From the NCBI GenBank assembly GCA_003251635.1, contig QKEW01000012.1:53333-117332 (forward strand): a stretch of DNA of 64,000 bases. The letters run 5' to 3'. A model generated the notes under the pieces. That model saw only the letters and a program-made list of their open reading frames with translations, ran no database searches and was not told the DNA's origin. The translations under genes and the position numbers were made by a program. Origin of the DNA: a bacterium (GTDB taxonomy: Bacteria > Patescibacteriota > Minisyncoccia > Moranbacterales > GWC2-37-73). This document shows positions 49,861 to 60,255 of the stretch, in pieces (the first letter of the stretch is position 1; every line of letters begins with the position of its first letter).

Positions 49861-49962
49861 ATTTATCGTTCTTTATTAATTAACAACGTGTTTAGTTTAA
49901 CACAATTCGAAAACCCCAACAATATTGACGCTTATCGGTTTTTCCAGCATAATATCGGAAAA

Positions 49963-51228
49963 TTATTCTTTCCTCAGCGCTTCCATCGGACTAAGTTGAG
50001 CCGCTTTTCGAGCCGGATAATAACCAAACAAAATCCCAATCATAACCGAAAAACTAACTGCTAAAACAACTGCTTCTTTGGTAACGGAAAAAATCAAATC
50101 GTAGCCCAAGCTTTCCAATAAGCTTGAGATAGCCAAGGAAACCACAAAACCCAAAATGATTCCAATTAAACCGCCCAACAAAGTCACAATCACTGCTTCC
50201 AATAAAAATTGAAACATGATGTCACTTCCCTTGGCACCAACCGCCTTGCGCAGTCCAATTTCAAAAGTTCTTTCAGTAACCGCCACATACATAACATTCA
50301 TAATTCCAACACCTCCCACTAATAAGGAAATCAGCGTTATAGACAAAAGCAAGGCTTGGATAGCTCCAAAAACATTGCCAATAATTTTTCGAGCCTCTTC
50401 AATTGAAGTGACGGAAAAATCATCTTTGTTTGGGTCATCGATATTATGCCTTCGTCGCATCAATTCAGTAATTTCAACTGAAGTAGCTTCTACCAAATCA
50501 GGATTTTTCAGTTTAACCGAAATAAACTTCACGTGGTCAACTCCCAAGATTTTTTTCTCCAGAGTTTGAACTGGAATATAGATTATTTCATCAAAATTAA
50601 AAAAGGAAACAGTACCACGAGGTTCCAGAATTCCAATTACTTTGTAATTTTGTCCTTTGATCTTAAGATTTTTTCCCAAAGCTTCTTCATTGCCAAAAAT
50701 TTTCTCCTCAATATCGCTGCCAATTACCGCCACCTGGGCCAATTCCCGATCATCGTTTTGGGAATAAAAAACCCCTTCTTTAAGTTTAATGTTTTCATCA
50801 ACCTCGGAAGCGGCCGGACCAGCCCCAAAAAGCAAAGCCCGCTTATTTTCACTGCCGTAGCTAACAACTTCCTGACCGATCGTTCCAGCATAATAACTTT
50901 CCACGTTAGAAATTTTTCCGATAGCCTCAGCATCTTTGATTTTCAAAGTCGTAATCTCCACTCCCATTGCTTGAGTGGTAGCGTTTTCAGTCGAAGTTTT
51001 ACTAACCGACGGAACTTTAACTTCAACTTGTATGATATCGGTTCCGAAACTTTCAACTTGCCCCATCACAAAACTTTCCAATCCGCTACCGAATGACATG
51101 ACCAAAATGATCGCCGTAGTCGCTATGATAACGCCGAATAAGGTTAAAAATGTCCGACCCCAATTGGAATTTAAATTTTGGAAGGCCAGCTTCAACGAAA
51201 CTATATTTTTTTGCCAAAGTTTTTTCAT
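49963..51228 (-). CDS. ABC transporter permease, FtsX/MacB-type
   Basis: N-terminal TM helix, large periplasmic domain, C-terminal FtsX 3-TM bundle. Confidence 0.8.
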   Translation of the reverse strand: MKKLWQKNIVSLKLAFQNLNSNWGRTFLTLFGVIIATTAIILVMSFGSGLESFVMGQVESFGTDIIQVEVKVPSVSKTSTENATTQAMGVEITTLKIKDAEAIGKISNVESYYAGTIGQEVVSYGSENKRALLFGAGPAASEVDENIKLKEGVFYSQNDDRELAQVAVIGSDIEEKIFGNEEALGKNLKIKGQNYKVIGILEPRGTVSFFNFDEIIYIPVQTLEKKILGVDHVKFISVKLKNPDLVEATSVEITELMRRRHNIDDPNKDDFSVTSIEEARKIIGNVFGAIQALLLSITLISLLVGGVGIMNVMYVAVTERTFEIGLRKAVGAKGSDIMFQFLLEAVIVTLLGGLIGIILGFVVSLAISSLLESLGYDLIFSVTKEAVVLAVSFSVMIGILFGYYPARKAAQLSPMEALRKE

Positions 51229-51241
51229 GCTAAGTAAATAT

Positions 51242-52483
51242 TTATTCGGATCTCAACGCTTCCATTGGAGAAATCTTAGCAGCTTTGAAAGCTGGATAAA
51301 TTCCGAAAATAATTCCAATTAAAATTGAAACTAGCGTTGCCAAAAAGATGGATAAAGGTGAAATAATAAAATCCCATTCATAGCCCAGTCTGGAAATTAT
51401 AACCGCCGCCAAAAAAGAAATGACGATTCCCAAAATAATTCCCACAATTCCTCCGATCACTGTCACAAAAATCGCCTCGGCTAAAAATTGAACTATGATG
51501 TGATAGTTGTGAGCCCCGACTGCTTTTCTAAGTCCAATCTCCTTAATTCTCTGATTAACTGAAATCAGCATGATATTCATAATCCCAACCCCACCAACTA
51601 TCAAAGAAATTGCCGCGATTGATACTAGAAAAAATTTCAACACATTGGTAACATTGGTCAGAACCGACGTAGCCTGAGCCACGCTTCTTACGGAAAAATC
51701 ATCTTCTTGATCAGTTTTTAAATTGTGCATCTCTCTCAAGGTGGCCTTGATGTCCACCATAGCTCTTTCCAAATTCTGGGTATTATTAATTTTTATTCTG
51801 GCAAAATTCAGATAATCAATTCCCAGCAAAATTTTCTGAGCTGTAAAAAGCGGAATATAAACAGCCTGATCACTATTGGAAAAAGCTACCGATCCTCTCT
51901 TTTTCAAAACTCCAATAACCGTAAAATTAGAATTACCCAGGGTTACAATTTTTCCCAAAGGATTTTGATTGGGAAAAATTTCCTGAGCCCGATCATTACC
52001 CAACACCATGACTCTGGCCAAATTTCTTTCCTCCTCTTGGGTAAAAAATCGACCTTCTTCCAACTCGACATTTTCCACATCAATAAATCCAGCCGTAACT
52101 CCTTGATAGCTAACACTACCCGAAAAACTTTCATACTTTAAAATCCCCACCCCACTCACGTAACCTGCCACCTCCTTTACGTTCGGAACATTTTTAGTTT
52201 TGGCAATGGCTTGCAGATCACGATATTTCAAGGTGGTGGTCACCACGCCCAAAAGCGAAGCTGGTGGACCTTTTTCATCGGCAGCTCCCGGCAAAACTCC
52301 AATCAAATCACTGCCAATTCCGCTAACCTGATCCAAAACCAACCGCTGAGCGCTTTCTCCGATTGACATGACGATTATGACAGCCGCTACTCCAATAATA
52401 ATTCCCAAGATAGTCAAAAAAGAACGCAGTTTGGCTGCCATTAAATTCTTGTAGGAAATTTTAATCGGAGCAATAACTTTCAT
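51242..52483 (-). CDS. ABC transporter permease, FtsX/MacB-type (paralog)
   Basis: Same architecture; paralogous to the gene at 49963-51228. Confidence 0.8.
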   Translation of the reverse strand: MKVIAPIKISYKNLMAAKLRSFLTILGIIIGVAAVIIVMSIGESAQRLVLDQVSGIGSDLIGVLPGAADEKGPPASLLGVVTTTLKYRDLQAIAKTKNVPNVKEVAGYVSGVGILKYESFSGSVSYQGVTAGFIDVENVELEEGRFFTQEEERNLARVMVLGNDRAQEIFPNQNPLGKIVTLGNSNFTVIGVLKKRGSVAFSNSDQAVYIPLFTAQKILLGIDYLNFARIKINNTQNLERAMVDIKATLREMHNLKTDQEDDFSVRSVAQATSVLTNVTNVLKFFLVSIAAISLIVGGVGIMNIMLISVNQRIKEIGLRKAVGAHNYHIIVQFLAEAIFVTVIGGIVGIILGIVISFLAAVIISRLGYEWDFIISPLSIFLATLVSILIGIIFGIYPAFKAAKISPMEALRSE

Positions 52484-52494
52484 GAAGATTCGGA

Positions 52495-53226
52495 TTATTT
52501 GAGTAAGCTTTCTTCACTTTTAGCGATCATGCGATCTTTTACTGCTTCATCTGACACAATCTTCCCGTCTTTCATGAGCAAAATTCGCTTGGCATGTTTG
52601 GCGGTGTAAGTTTCATGAGTAACCAAAATTATGGTTCGTCCTTGATTATTAAGATCCTGCAAAATCCTCATGATTTGAAGTCCGGATTTGGAATCCAAAT
52701 TACCAGTTGGTTCATCGGCGAAAATAATTTCCGGATCATTAACTAAGGCCCGAGCGATTGCCACCCGCTGCTTTTCTCCTCCGGATATTTGATTAGACAA
52801 ATAATCAATTCGGTGTTCCATATCGACAGAACGCAAAGCCTTTTGAATTTTTTGAGAATTATCCGAGATCATCTCGATATGATTTTCGTCATAGAGAAGA
52901 GGCAACTCCACGTTTTCATAAATTGTTGTGCGCGGCAACAGATTAAAAGATTGGAAAATAAATCCGATTTTTTGATTGCGAATCCGGGCCTTTTCATCAT
53001 CGGAAAATTTGTGCACTTCTTGGTTTTCAAAAAAATATTCTCCACTACTGGCATTCTCCAAAAAACCCAAGATTTGCATCAAAGTTGATTTGCCACTGCC
53101 TGACGGACCCATAATCGAAACAAAATCTCCTCGTTCAATAACAAAAGACGCATCTTTCAATGCGTGTGTTTTTATTTCCCCATCTCCATAAATCTTATTC
53201 AAATTGTGAACTTTTATCAGACTCAT
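52495..53226 (-). CDS. ABC transporter ATP-binding protein (MacB/LolD-like)
   Basis: [10 protein letters not shown] (Walker A), [15 protein letters not shown] (signature), [12 protein letters not shown] (Walker B). Confidence 0.9.
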   Translation of the reverse strand: MSLIKVHNLNKIYGDGEIKTHALKDASFVIERGDFVSIMGPSGSGKSTLMQILGFLENASSGEYFFENQEVHKFSDDEKARIRNQKIGFIFQSFNLLPRTTIYENVELPLLYDENHIEMISDNSQKIQKALRSVDMEHRIDYLSNQISGGEKQRVAIARALVNDPEIIFADEPTGNLDSKSGLQIMRILQDLNNQGRTIILVTHETYTAKHAKRILLMKDGKIVSDEAVKDRMIAKSEESLLK

Positions 53227-53253
53227 CTCTTTAATCTTAACTTATTTTTAAAA

Positions 53254-54585
53254 TCAACTCTGAGTATCGGATGAAAAAGTTATGACCTCTTCGCCACCAC
53301 TAAGACCGGAAATGATTTCCACCATTCCCTCATCACCTTCAAGACCGGTTTCTACCCAGATCCGCTCAACCTCATTTTTAGGTTGCAAAACTTCCACGTA
53401 TTTTCTTTTTCCTTCTAATTTTATAGCCCTAGAAGGAACTTGAACTACGTTGTCTTTTTGAGCGGTCACAATGTCAACATTGACGCTCATACCCGGTTTC
53501 AATTTCGGTGAAACATCTTCTATTTTTAGCTTTACTCGATAGTAAACAACATCCTGAATAATAGTAGCGTCTGTGTCGATCTGCACAACCTCGGCCGAAA
53601 AAACATCCTCCAAATCCAGAGCATCAAAAGTAATTTGAGCTTTGTCACCCAAAGAAACCTTGACGATATCTGACTCAGGAATGTTTGATTCCAAAATAAA
53701 ATCATTAGCGATAACCTTGGTGAAAGATTCCTTGATCACGCCAGTCCCCAGTACTTCTCCCGTCTTGTTGTTGATTTTGGTAATCTTCCCATTGACCGGC
53801 GATTTTAAGGTGGCTTTAGCCAAATTTTCTTGAGCAATTTCATAGGCCGCCTTGGCGGATAAAACCGAAGCGTCATTAACGGTTTGAGTATATTTGGATT
53901 TGAGAGTTTTCAATTTTGCTTCAGCGCTGTTCAAAGCATTTTCTGCACTTGTCTTGGAAAGATCAGCCTGACTTTCAGCAACCTCTTTATTTTTCTGAGC
54001 ACTTTCGTAGGCATTTAAAGCGCTTTGCAAAGACAGATAGGCATATTTAGCTGTTGAACTGCCTTCCCCGCTGTCATCAACTATTTGATCATAATAATCT
54101 TGGGCTGCTTCATAGTAATCTTTAGCATTATCCTTAGCTGTCTCGGCCGCCGCCAAATTCTCTTCGTTAAGATCTTTGGTGTCATCCAAAAAATCTTCAG
54201 CATTTTCAACCGAAACCTCCATTTCTCGAATCGCATCATCATTGCCTCCAGATTTAGCTACCGCCGCATCCCAAGCAGCCTGAGCTTGAGTTAACTGAGA
54301 ATTTAAAATCGGATTATCAATCATAGCAATCGAATCACCGGCCGCCACCGTCTGACCTTCACGAACAAAAATCGTGCCGATGCGTCCACCAATTTCAAAA
54401 TTCAAAGTAATTTCCCGTTCATCCGTCAAATCTCCAGTGGAAGAAACAGTTTGTACCAAAGGGCCAACCTGAGCGGCTTCGGTCGTATAGGTCACGGCTG
54501 ATTTTTTTGGTCGGAAAATAAAAAACAAAATTAAAACCAGAGCAACTATGACTAAAATCCAAATGATCTTTTTCTTTTTTGACAT
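53254..54585 (-). CDS. HlyD/MacA-type periplasmic adaptor (membrane fusion protein)
   Basis: N-terminal TM helix, long coiled-coil, beta-barrel and lipoyl-like regions. It is the first gene of the efflux operon. Confidence 0.75.
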   Translation of the reverse strand: MSKKKKIIWILVIVALVLILFFIFRPKKSAVTYTTEAAQVGPLVQTVSSTGDLTDEREITLNFEIGGRIGTIFVREGQTVAAGDSIAMIDNPILNSQLTQAQAAWDAAVAKSGGNDDAIREMEVSVENAEDFLDDTKDLNEENLAAAETAKDNAKDYYEAAQDYYDQIVDDSGEGSSTAKYAYLSLQSALNAYESAQKNKEVAESQADLSKTSAENALNSAEAKLKTLKSKYTQTVNDASVLSAKAAYEIAQENLAKATLKSPVNGKITKINNKTGEVLGTGVIKESFTKVIANDFILESNIPESDIVKVSLGDKAQITFDALDLEDVFSAEVVQIDTDATIIQDVVYYRVKLKIEDVSPKLKPGMSVNVDIVTAQKDNVVQVPSRAIKLEGKRKYVEVLQPKNEVERIWVETGLEGDEGMVEIISGLSGGEEVITFSSDTQS

Positions 54586-54591
54586 GATTAT

Positions 54592-55023
54592 TTAAAAAAA
54601 TGATTCCTGCTTTTCTCTTTCGTCTAGAACTTTATTAACCAAAGCGTCAGCAATCGTATTTCTTTCACGTGGAACATGCAAAAATTCCACTTTGGCAAAA
54701 TCCAACATCAAGTTCCAGACTTCCAAAAATAATTCCTGAATATGTTTTTCCTTCAAGCGATATTCGTGTTTGAGTTGTTTGACAACCAGTTCACTATCCA
54801 GATGACATTTAACTGAACTTTTCTTGGCCTGATCTTTTCCCAGTTCTTTTTTCACAGTCTGCAAACCAAAAATCAAAGCCGCGTATTCAGCTTCATTGTT
54901 GGTTTTAATTCCAATATACTTGCCGATTTTTTTTCCTAAAGTTTCAATGTAAACGCCAATAGCTGCCTCCCCCGGATTATTGCGAGAACCGCCATCGGTG
55001 TACATCACGATTTCTTTTTCCAT
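54592..55023 (-). CDS. rnhA: ribonuclease HI
   Basis: MYTDGGSRNNPGEAAIGV ... NNEAEYAALIFGLQ ... ADALVN (DEDD catalytic residues context). Confidence 0.85.
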   Translation of the reverse strand: MEKEIVMYTDGGSRNNPGEAAIGVYIETLGKKIGKYIGIKTNNEAEYAALIFGLQTVKKELGKDQAKKSSVKCHLDSELVVKQLKHEYRLKEKHIQELFLEVWNLMLDFAKVEFLHVPRERNTIADALVNKVLDEREKQESFF

Positions 55024-55064
55024 ATTCCGATTTTAACACTTTCAAGCAAAAACTACAAATGACC

Positions 55065-55841
55065 CTAAATCAAACGAGCCACCAAATAACCGACATCCAA
55101 AGGATATTCATAACTAATTAAATTAAACTGATATTTTTCCTGATACAAAATTCCCAGCATCATCAAAAATGACCGAAGCCCACACTCTTGAACCTGTTCT
55201 AGAGCCTCTCTTTCCATTGAAACCAGCGCCTCGATGTCCCGATTGGCCAAATGATGAATTGCCCAATAGTCGAAAAATCTTCCTTTTTTATCATCATCTG
55301 TAGAATTTTGAAAACCTTTTCGGTGAGAGAGTTCGCCACTAGCCAAAATGGCAATTCGCCTTTTGCTTTTGCGAAAAATATTGGACATGATCTCCCCATA
55401 TTCATAGTGTTTTTGAAAACTTAATTTGGAATGGGAAAGATGAATAATTCTGGGGTTTATATTTTTCAAAAGAAAACTTAGCGGCACCAGAGCCCCATAG
55501 TCCAATTCGTTTTCGTGAAGGTGCACGAAATGATCCACCAACTCGCAAGAATATTTTATCTTTCGCACGAAATCCAAATCGTTTTTTAGGCGCATCTTTT
55601 TTCCGGCCTCAAAATTGGCGCTTGGATTTTTCAAAACCGAAGCTGAGTTTATTACAAAATGGTAATCTTCCATCTGGGCGTGCGGAGAAATCAACACAAT
55701 CACCTCCGGCTTGGTTTTTTCCAAATTCAAACGGAGCTGGTCTAAGGCCAGACGTGTCTTTTTTAGTTTTTCCGGTGAATTTTTACCGGATTTTCCCACC
55801 AGATAAAACGAGTGTGGAACAATTGAAGCAAAAACTATCAT
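55065..55841 (-). CDS. class III extradiol dioxygenase/Memo-like (LigB superfamily) protein
   Basis: IVPHSF and LISPHAQ His-containing motifs, and overall resemblance to the AmmeMemoRadiSam system protein B / DODA-type fold. Confidence 0.45.
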   Translation of the reverse strand: MIVFASIVPHSFYLVGKSGKNSPEKLKKTRLALDQLRLNLEKTKPEVIVLISPHAQMEDYHFVINSASVLKNPSANFEAGKKMRLKNDLDFVRKIKYSCELVDHFVHLHENELDYGALVPLSFLLKNINPRIIHLSHSKLSFQKHYEYGEIMSNIFRKSKRRIAILASGELSHRKGFQNSTDDDKKGRFFDYWAIHHLANRDIEALVSMEREALEQVQECGLRSFLMMLGILYQEKYQFNLISYEYPLDVGYLVARLI

Positions 55842-55868
55842 GTTTTTTCAATTGAACTAACCCTCCTT

Positions 55869-55956
55869 GGGCTATAATAATTTATCCTTCGCAAATCTCA
55901 GTTTTTAGCTAAGTGGGACAAAAAAGGCAATCTCGAATCGAAAACAATTATAGCCC
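55869..55956. repeat. 88-nt element bounded by a perfect 10-bp inverted repeat (GGGCTATAAT...ATTATAGCCC) in the leader region
   Basis: Seen directly, between the terminator of the KH-domain gene and the start of the Memo-like gene. Confidence 0.3.
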
Positions 55957-56044
55957 CCGGCAATGAACCGGCGGGAGCTAACTCAATTTTATTAAGATAC
56001 TTTTCAAATTTATTACAAAAGAAAAATTCAAAAATTTCTACCAA

Positions 56045-56072
56045 AAAACCACCCAAAGTAAGGGTGGTTTAT
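56045..56072 (-). terminator. rho-independent terminator downstream of the KH-domain gene
   Basis: CCACCC-AAAGTAA-GGGTGG, followed on the minus strand by TTTTTT. Confidence 0.6.
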
Positions 56073-56106
56073 GGTCATTTCAAATCAGACCAAGCTGATT
56101 GAAAGA

Positions 56107-56439
56107 TTATATATTCAAATCGCCAACCACGTCATCAATGCTTTTTCCTGAAGATTTCTCTTCTTTTCTTGGTCGACTAGAACCTTCTGGTTCGTTGATT
56201 TTCAAATTTACACGTGCATTGTTTCTTGCACCAATCACTCTTAGAATAGTTCTTAGAGCTTTTGCTGTTTGACCTTCTCGGCCAATAACCATTCCCATGT
56301 CGGCTGGATTCACATCCAAGGTGATGAGAACGCCCATTTCATCAATTTTCCTCTCAACTTTAACATCTTCAGGATGATCAACGAGTGCCTTCACAGCATA
56401 CTCCAGAAAATCCTTGTCAGTTGCCCTTTCTTCTGTCAT
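56107..56439 (-). CDS. KH-domain RNA-binding protein (KhpA/UPF0109-like)
   Basis: FLEYAVKALVDHPEDVKVERKIDEMGVLITLDVNPADMGMVIGREGQTAKALRTILRV, with the GxxG loop MVIGREG of a type II KH domain. Confidence 0.65.
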   Translation of the reverse strand: MTEERATDKDFLEYAVKALVDHPEDVKVERKIDEMGVLITLDVNPADMGMVIGREGQTAKALRTILRVIGARNNARVNLKINEPEGSSRPRKEEKSSGKSIDDVVGDLNI

Positions 56440-56547
56440 TTTAATTTTCTTAATGATTATTAGCTAGGAGCCTTTATTTAAGCGATTTATTGAAAAATCA
56501 CCAACTCACACTCCTCATTACAATTATAGTTCAAAATTAAGTTTTTG

Positions 56548-57981
56548 TCAATTTCTCCTTTTTCGAAATAAAGCCCGAATAGTTTTGAGTGAAATCAGAA
56601 TATCCAGCCAAAAAGTCCAATTTTCGATATAATAAACGTCCAGTTTGTACTCATCCTCAAAGTCCAGATCGCTACGGCCGCTAACTTGGGCCATGCCACT
56701 GATGCCCGGCTTGATTGTCAAAAGGCGTCGGTGATATTCATTATATTTTTCCACTTCCCTTTCCTGATGGGGACGCGGCCCTATCAAACTCATTTCTCCC
56801 TTCCAAACATTGAAAAGCTGCGGCAATTCATCCAGGGAATATTTTTCAATAAAAGACCCGATTGCGGTTTTGCGAGGATCATTTTTAATTTTATAGAGAG
56901 GTCCCTTTCTGATGGAAAGCTTTTCAATCAATTCTTTTTCATATTCTAAAGCCTTTTTTCCATCCTCAGTATCCGAAAAAGTACAAAATTCCCATTTTAG
57001 ATAGCGGAATTTATAGACCGAGAATTTCTTACCATTTGAACCGATTCTTTCATTTTTATAAATTATCGGTCCGCCTTTTTTACTTTCCGACAAAGATTCA
57101 ATTTTGATCAAAATGGCAATCAGCAACATTATTGGCGATGAAATGACAATCAAAACTGAAGATCCAATCAGATCATAGGCTCTTTTGATAATCCGACCCC
57201 AACCTTCCAAGGGAGTGTTTTTAATTTCTATGATCGGTTCATCATTGAAAATTCCCATTTCCAATCTGGTGGTCTGCAAAGTGCTTGGAATAAACTTGAA
57301 AGCAATATTGTTTATAGCACAATAATCGATCAATTTTTCCTGTTCGTCATCAGTCAAAGTCGAATCACACAAAATAATCTCATCAATGCCTTCTTCATTT
57401 TTAATCTCTTTAATCCGACGAATACTGCCATTGTTTATGTGACTGACAATCCTATAGCCAAGTGCCGGATTATTCTTTATAGCCTGACTGACTTTGGTTA
57501 TTTTCCCATTATTGCCAATCAGAAGAACTCGATGGACTCCAAGACCTTTTTTGACTAAAAGATTTTTCTGAATTTTTTGCAAAACCCAGCGGCCGAAAGT
57601 CACATAGGCTACTGCCAAAAACCAGCCAGCTAAAATTATAAAACGGGAAGAAAACCATTCCCTCTTCAAAAAGATGGCCACGATAATCGTCATCAACCCA
57701 ATTGAAGTAGCAGAAAAAACCTTGAAAGTTTCCTGCCAGAATTTTCGCGTGGTTTTGATGTTATAGAGGCCCTCCAAAGCATAAATTATTAGAAAAATCG
57801 GCACCACCAACAAAACCACCTTCATATAGGAGTTAAAAGAAAACACGTAGAGTTTAGGCCTCAAAACCAAAAGTTCCGGAATGTTACGAATTGCAAAGGC
57901 ACTGATTGCTGCCAAAAATATCATCAAAGCATCAATTGGCAATTGAATTCCACTGAAGATCAGTTCAGATTTTTTTTTCAT
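56548..57981 (-). CDS. polyprenyl-phosphate glycosyl-1-phosphate transferase (WbaP/bacterial sugar transferase family, initiating PGT)
   Basis: 5 N-terminal TM helices and the C-terminal catalytic domain KRAYDLIGSSVLIVISSPIMLLIA ... DELPQLFNVWKGEMSLIGPRP. Confidence 0.85.
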   Translation of the reverse strand: MKKKSELIFSGIQLPIDALMIFLAAISAFAIRNIPELLVLRPKLYVFSFNSYMKVVLLVVPIFLIIYALEGLYNIKTTRKFWQETFKVFSATSIGLMTIIVAIFLKREWFSSRFIILAGWFLAVAYVTFGRWVLQKIQKNLLVKKGLGVHRVLLIGNNGKITKVSQAIKNNPALGYRIVSHINNGSIRRIKEIKNEEGIDEIILCDSTLTDDEQEKLIDYCAINNIAFKFIPSTLQTTRLEMGIFNDEPIIEIKNTPLEGWGRIIKRAYDLIGSSVLIVISSPIMLLIAILIKIESLSESKKGGPIIYKNERIGSNGKKFSVYKFRYLKWEFCTFSDTEDGKKALEYEKELIEKLSIRKGPLYKIKNDPRKTAIGSFIEKYSLDELPQLFNVWKGEMSLIGPRPHQEREVEKYNEYHRRLLTIKPGISGMAQVSGRSDLDFEDEYKLDVYYIENWTFWLDILISLKTIRALFRKRRN

Positions 57982-58020
57982 ATATTATTTTTATCATCAC
58001 TAATATCTGAAATTCACAAT

Positions 58021-58360
58021 CCATCAAGGCAAGCTATAAGCCGGATTCTGTCAGGGACAATCATTTATCTGGACCTATTGTTGCCAATAAGTTCGAGCGA
58101 CACAGACCGACGACTGGCGCCGGAATACGGTCTTGCATTCAGGCAAGGATTTAGCCGTTTCACCCCCTTGTTACCAAGGGACTTTCCCGCTTAAAAAGCG
58201 GGCTATTGATCTTGCGATCAAACACGTCTCTGCTCGCACCTCTAAGATTACTCTCGACGGGAGTTACCCGCTGCCCGCACCGATTTTTCAACCGATTGAA
58301 TGTCCGGACTTTCCTCTCTTGGTCCGAAAACCAAAGGTGATTGCCGACTTACCTTGATGG
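58021..58360 (-). ncRNA. rnpB: RNase P RNA (bacterial-type, about 340 nt)
   Basis: The minus strand contains GAGGAAAGUCCGGAC (P4 5' strand / CR-I) and ACAGAAUCCGGCUUAUAG (P4 3' strand / CR-IV), plus GGGGGUGAAACGGC. A P1 helix is formed by 5' CCAUCAAGGUAAG and 3' CUUGCCUUGAUGG. Region otherwise devoid of credible ORFs. Confidence 0.8.
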
Positions 58361-58418
58361 ATCGCATCTTCCAGACATGCCGATATTATGACAGGTTTGG
58401 CTTAAAAAATCAAGGTTT

Positions 58419-59651
58419 TTATTCTTCAATTTCCAACTCGTTACTTTGACAGATTTTGGCGTATTCATAGAAACTCCGGCGCGGTGTACGCTTTTGAGTT
58501 TCAAAATCAACCTCCACTAAACCGAAACGCGGTTCAAAACCATAGAGCCATTCAAAATTATCCATCAAGGACCAATGATTGTAACCTCGCACATCTACGC
58601 CCTCTTCAATGGCCTGGTGAATAAATTTCAGATGATCTTTTATAAAATCTATTCTTTCTTGATCATCGATTCCCACATCCGTCGGGACTCCGTTTTCAGT
58701 AATATATATCGGCAGATTGCGCTCTTTGGCAACTTCTTTCAAAACTTTATAGATACCATCTGGATAAGTGATCCAGCCCATCAAATTTTGCTTATTATCT
58801 TCAACTCTAATTCCAAAATAAATTTGATTTTTCGAATCCATTCTGATGTTTTTCCAATCAAATTTGATTCTTCCCAAACGATAATATTGAACCGCCATAA
58901 AATCAAGTTTGTCCTTGATTTTTCCATCAATCAAATCTACTCGAAACCATTTTGAAACTCGATTTATGATTTTAACTACAAAACCAAGATTTTCAGATTC
59001 ATACCAATTGTACAAATAACTCATCCCAACTGGAACATTGGGATATTTCTTTTTTATAATTTCATATGCTTTTTTGTATGATTCGGCCACACCCGCAGCC
59101 GCTCGAAAAAATTTCCAGGGATTCATGAATCCCGGCGGAAAGACTTTACCCAAATAGCCTTGTCCTAACGGCACCATTGGTTCATTAAAGACTTGATACA
59201 TATCCACAAATTCCCCCAATTCATCCACCACTTTTTGAGCATAATTGGCAAACAAATCCGACGCTTTTTGGTGATGAAATCCGTATTTTTTTGTAAACCA
59301 ATCCGGACTAACCCACCACCATAAAGACAATTGGACATGCAAACCTCTTTTTTTCAAATCACCCAAAACTTCTTTGTAATGCTTGAATTCTTTTTGATCA
59401 AATTTGTCTTTTTCCGGTTGCAAACGCGCCCATTCAACTGACAGACGAAAAGTGTTGCAGCCCAATTGTTGCAGCAAATCATGATCGGATTTAAAGCGAT
59501 TGTAATAATCACTGGCCAGGCCGGACTTGGTTTCGATTTTGCCTTCTTGCTCCCAGCGCCACCAATCGGTATTTTTATTATTGCCCTCAACTTGATAGGA
59601 AGAGATGGCCGTTCCCCACAAAAACCCCTCAGGAAATTTTAATTTTTTCAT
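58419..59651 (-). CDS. glycoside hydrolase family 1 beta-glucosidase
   Basis: FPEGFLWGTAISSYQVEGN (N-terminal GH1 signature), catalytic YITENG motif, and FNEP acid/base region. Confidence 0.88.
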   Translation of the reverse strand: MKKLKFPEGFLWGTAISSYQVEGNNKNTDWWRWEQEGKIETKSGLASDYYNRFKSDHDLLQQLGCNTFRLSVEWARLQPEKDKFDQKEFKHYKEVLGDLKKRGLHVQLSLWWWVSPDWFTKKYGFHHQKASDLFANYAQKVVDELGEFVDMYQVFNEPMVPLGQGYLGKVFPPGFMNPWKFFRAAAGVAESYKKAYEIIKKKYPNVPVGMSYLYNWYESENLGFVVKIINRVSKWFRVDLIDGKIKDKLDFMAVQYYRLGRIKFDWKNIRMDSKNQIYFGIRVEDNKQNLMGWITYPDGIYKVLKEVAKERNLPIYITENGVPTDVGIDDQERIDFIKDHLKFIHQAIEEGVDVRGYNHWSLMDNFEWLYGFEPRFGLVEVDFETQKRTPRRSFYEYAKICQSNELEIEE

Positions 59652-60238
59652 AAATTCTCAAAATAATTTTTGATTTTTTCGGCGGTTTTGGGTTGATCGA
59701 TAACCAAAAGATTTTCTTGCAAGAATTTGACCAAAAATTCACTACCCCTCATTTTGCCGGAAAAAATCATGTCCAAAAATTCTTCCCACTCCACCAGATA
59801 CACTTGAATCTTTTCCCCAGCATCCAATTTTTGTTCAGTCACTTTGCGGCAATCTTTGGCCAGAAAAAAATACAAAGTCCAGTCAATTTTGGAAGTCAGT
59901 TGAGCACTGTGCCAAAGTTTTATTTCTCCACATTCAAATCCGGCTTCTTCCAAAAATTCTCTTTGTACCCCTTCGACCGGCGATTCTCCTTCATCTATCA
60001 TACCACCCGGAATACTAAAAAATTTACCTCTTACCGGTTGCTCCTGTTCTAAAACCACAACTTTTCCTTCTTCAGTAAATGCAATCACGCTAGCTGTATC
60101 AAGTTTCTTTACCACTTTTTCAAAAGTTTCCGTGCTGCCATCAAACATTTCTTGCGGCCATTGGTAAACATCAAAAATCTTTCCGGCAAAAACCTTCTTG
60201 GCATTTTCCGGCATTGATTTTTTCTTTTTTTTCTTCAT
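59648..60238 (-). CDS. NUDIX hydrolase
   Basis: Nudix box GGMIDEGESPVEGVQREFLEEAGF. It overlaps the GH1 start by 4 nt (ATGA). Confidence 0.8.
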   Translation of the reverse strand: MKKKKKKSMPENAKKVFAGKIFDVYQWPQEMFDGSTETFEKVVKKLDTASVIAFTEEGKVVVLEQEQPVRGKFFSIPGGMIDEGESPVEGVQREFLEEAGFECGEIKLWHSAQLTSKIDWTLYFFLAKDCRKVTEQKLDAGEKIQVYLVEWEEFLDMIFSGKMRGSEFLVKFLQENLLVIDQPKTAEKIKNYFENL

Positions 60239-60255
60239 AAAATTAAAACTTATTT

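Noticed and set aside
57943-58357. Two plus-strand ORFs (83 and 74 aa) from the six-frame track
   Set aside because: They lie over the RNase P RNA gene and have odd composition (Pro/Arg/Ser-rich, no RBS). The region is better explained as rnpB on the minus strand.
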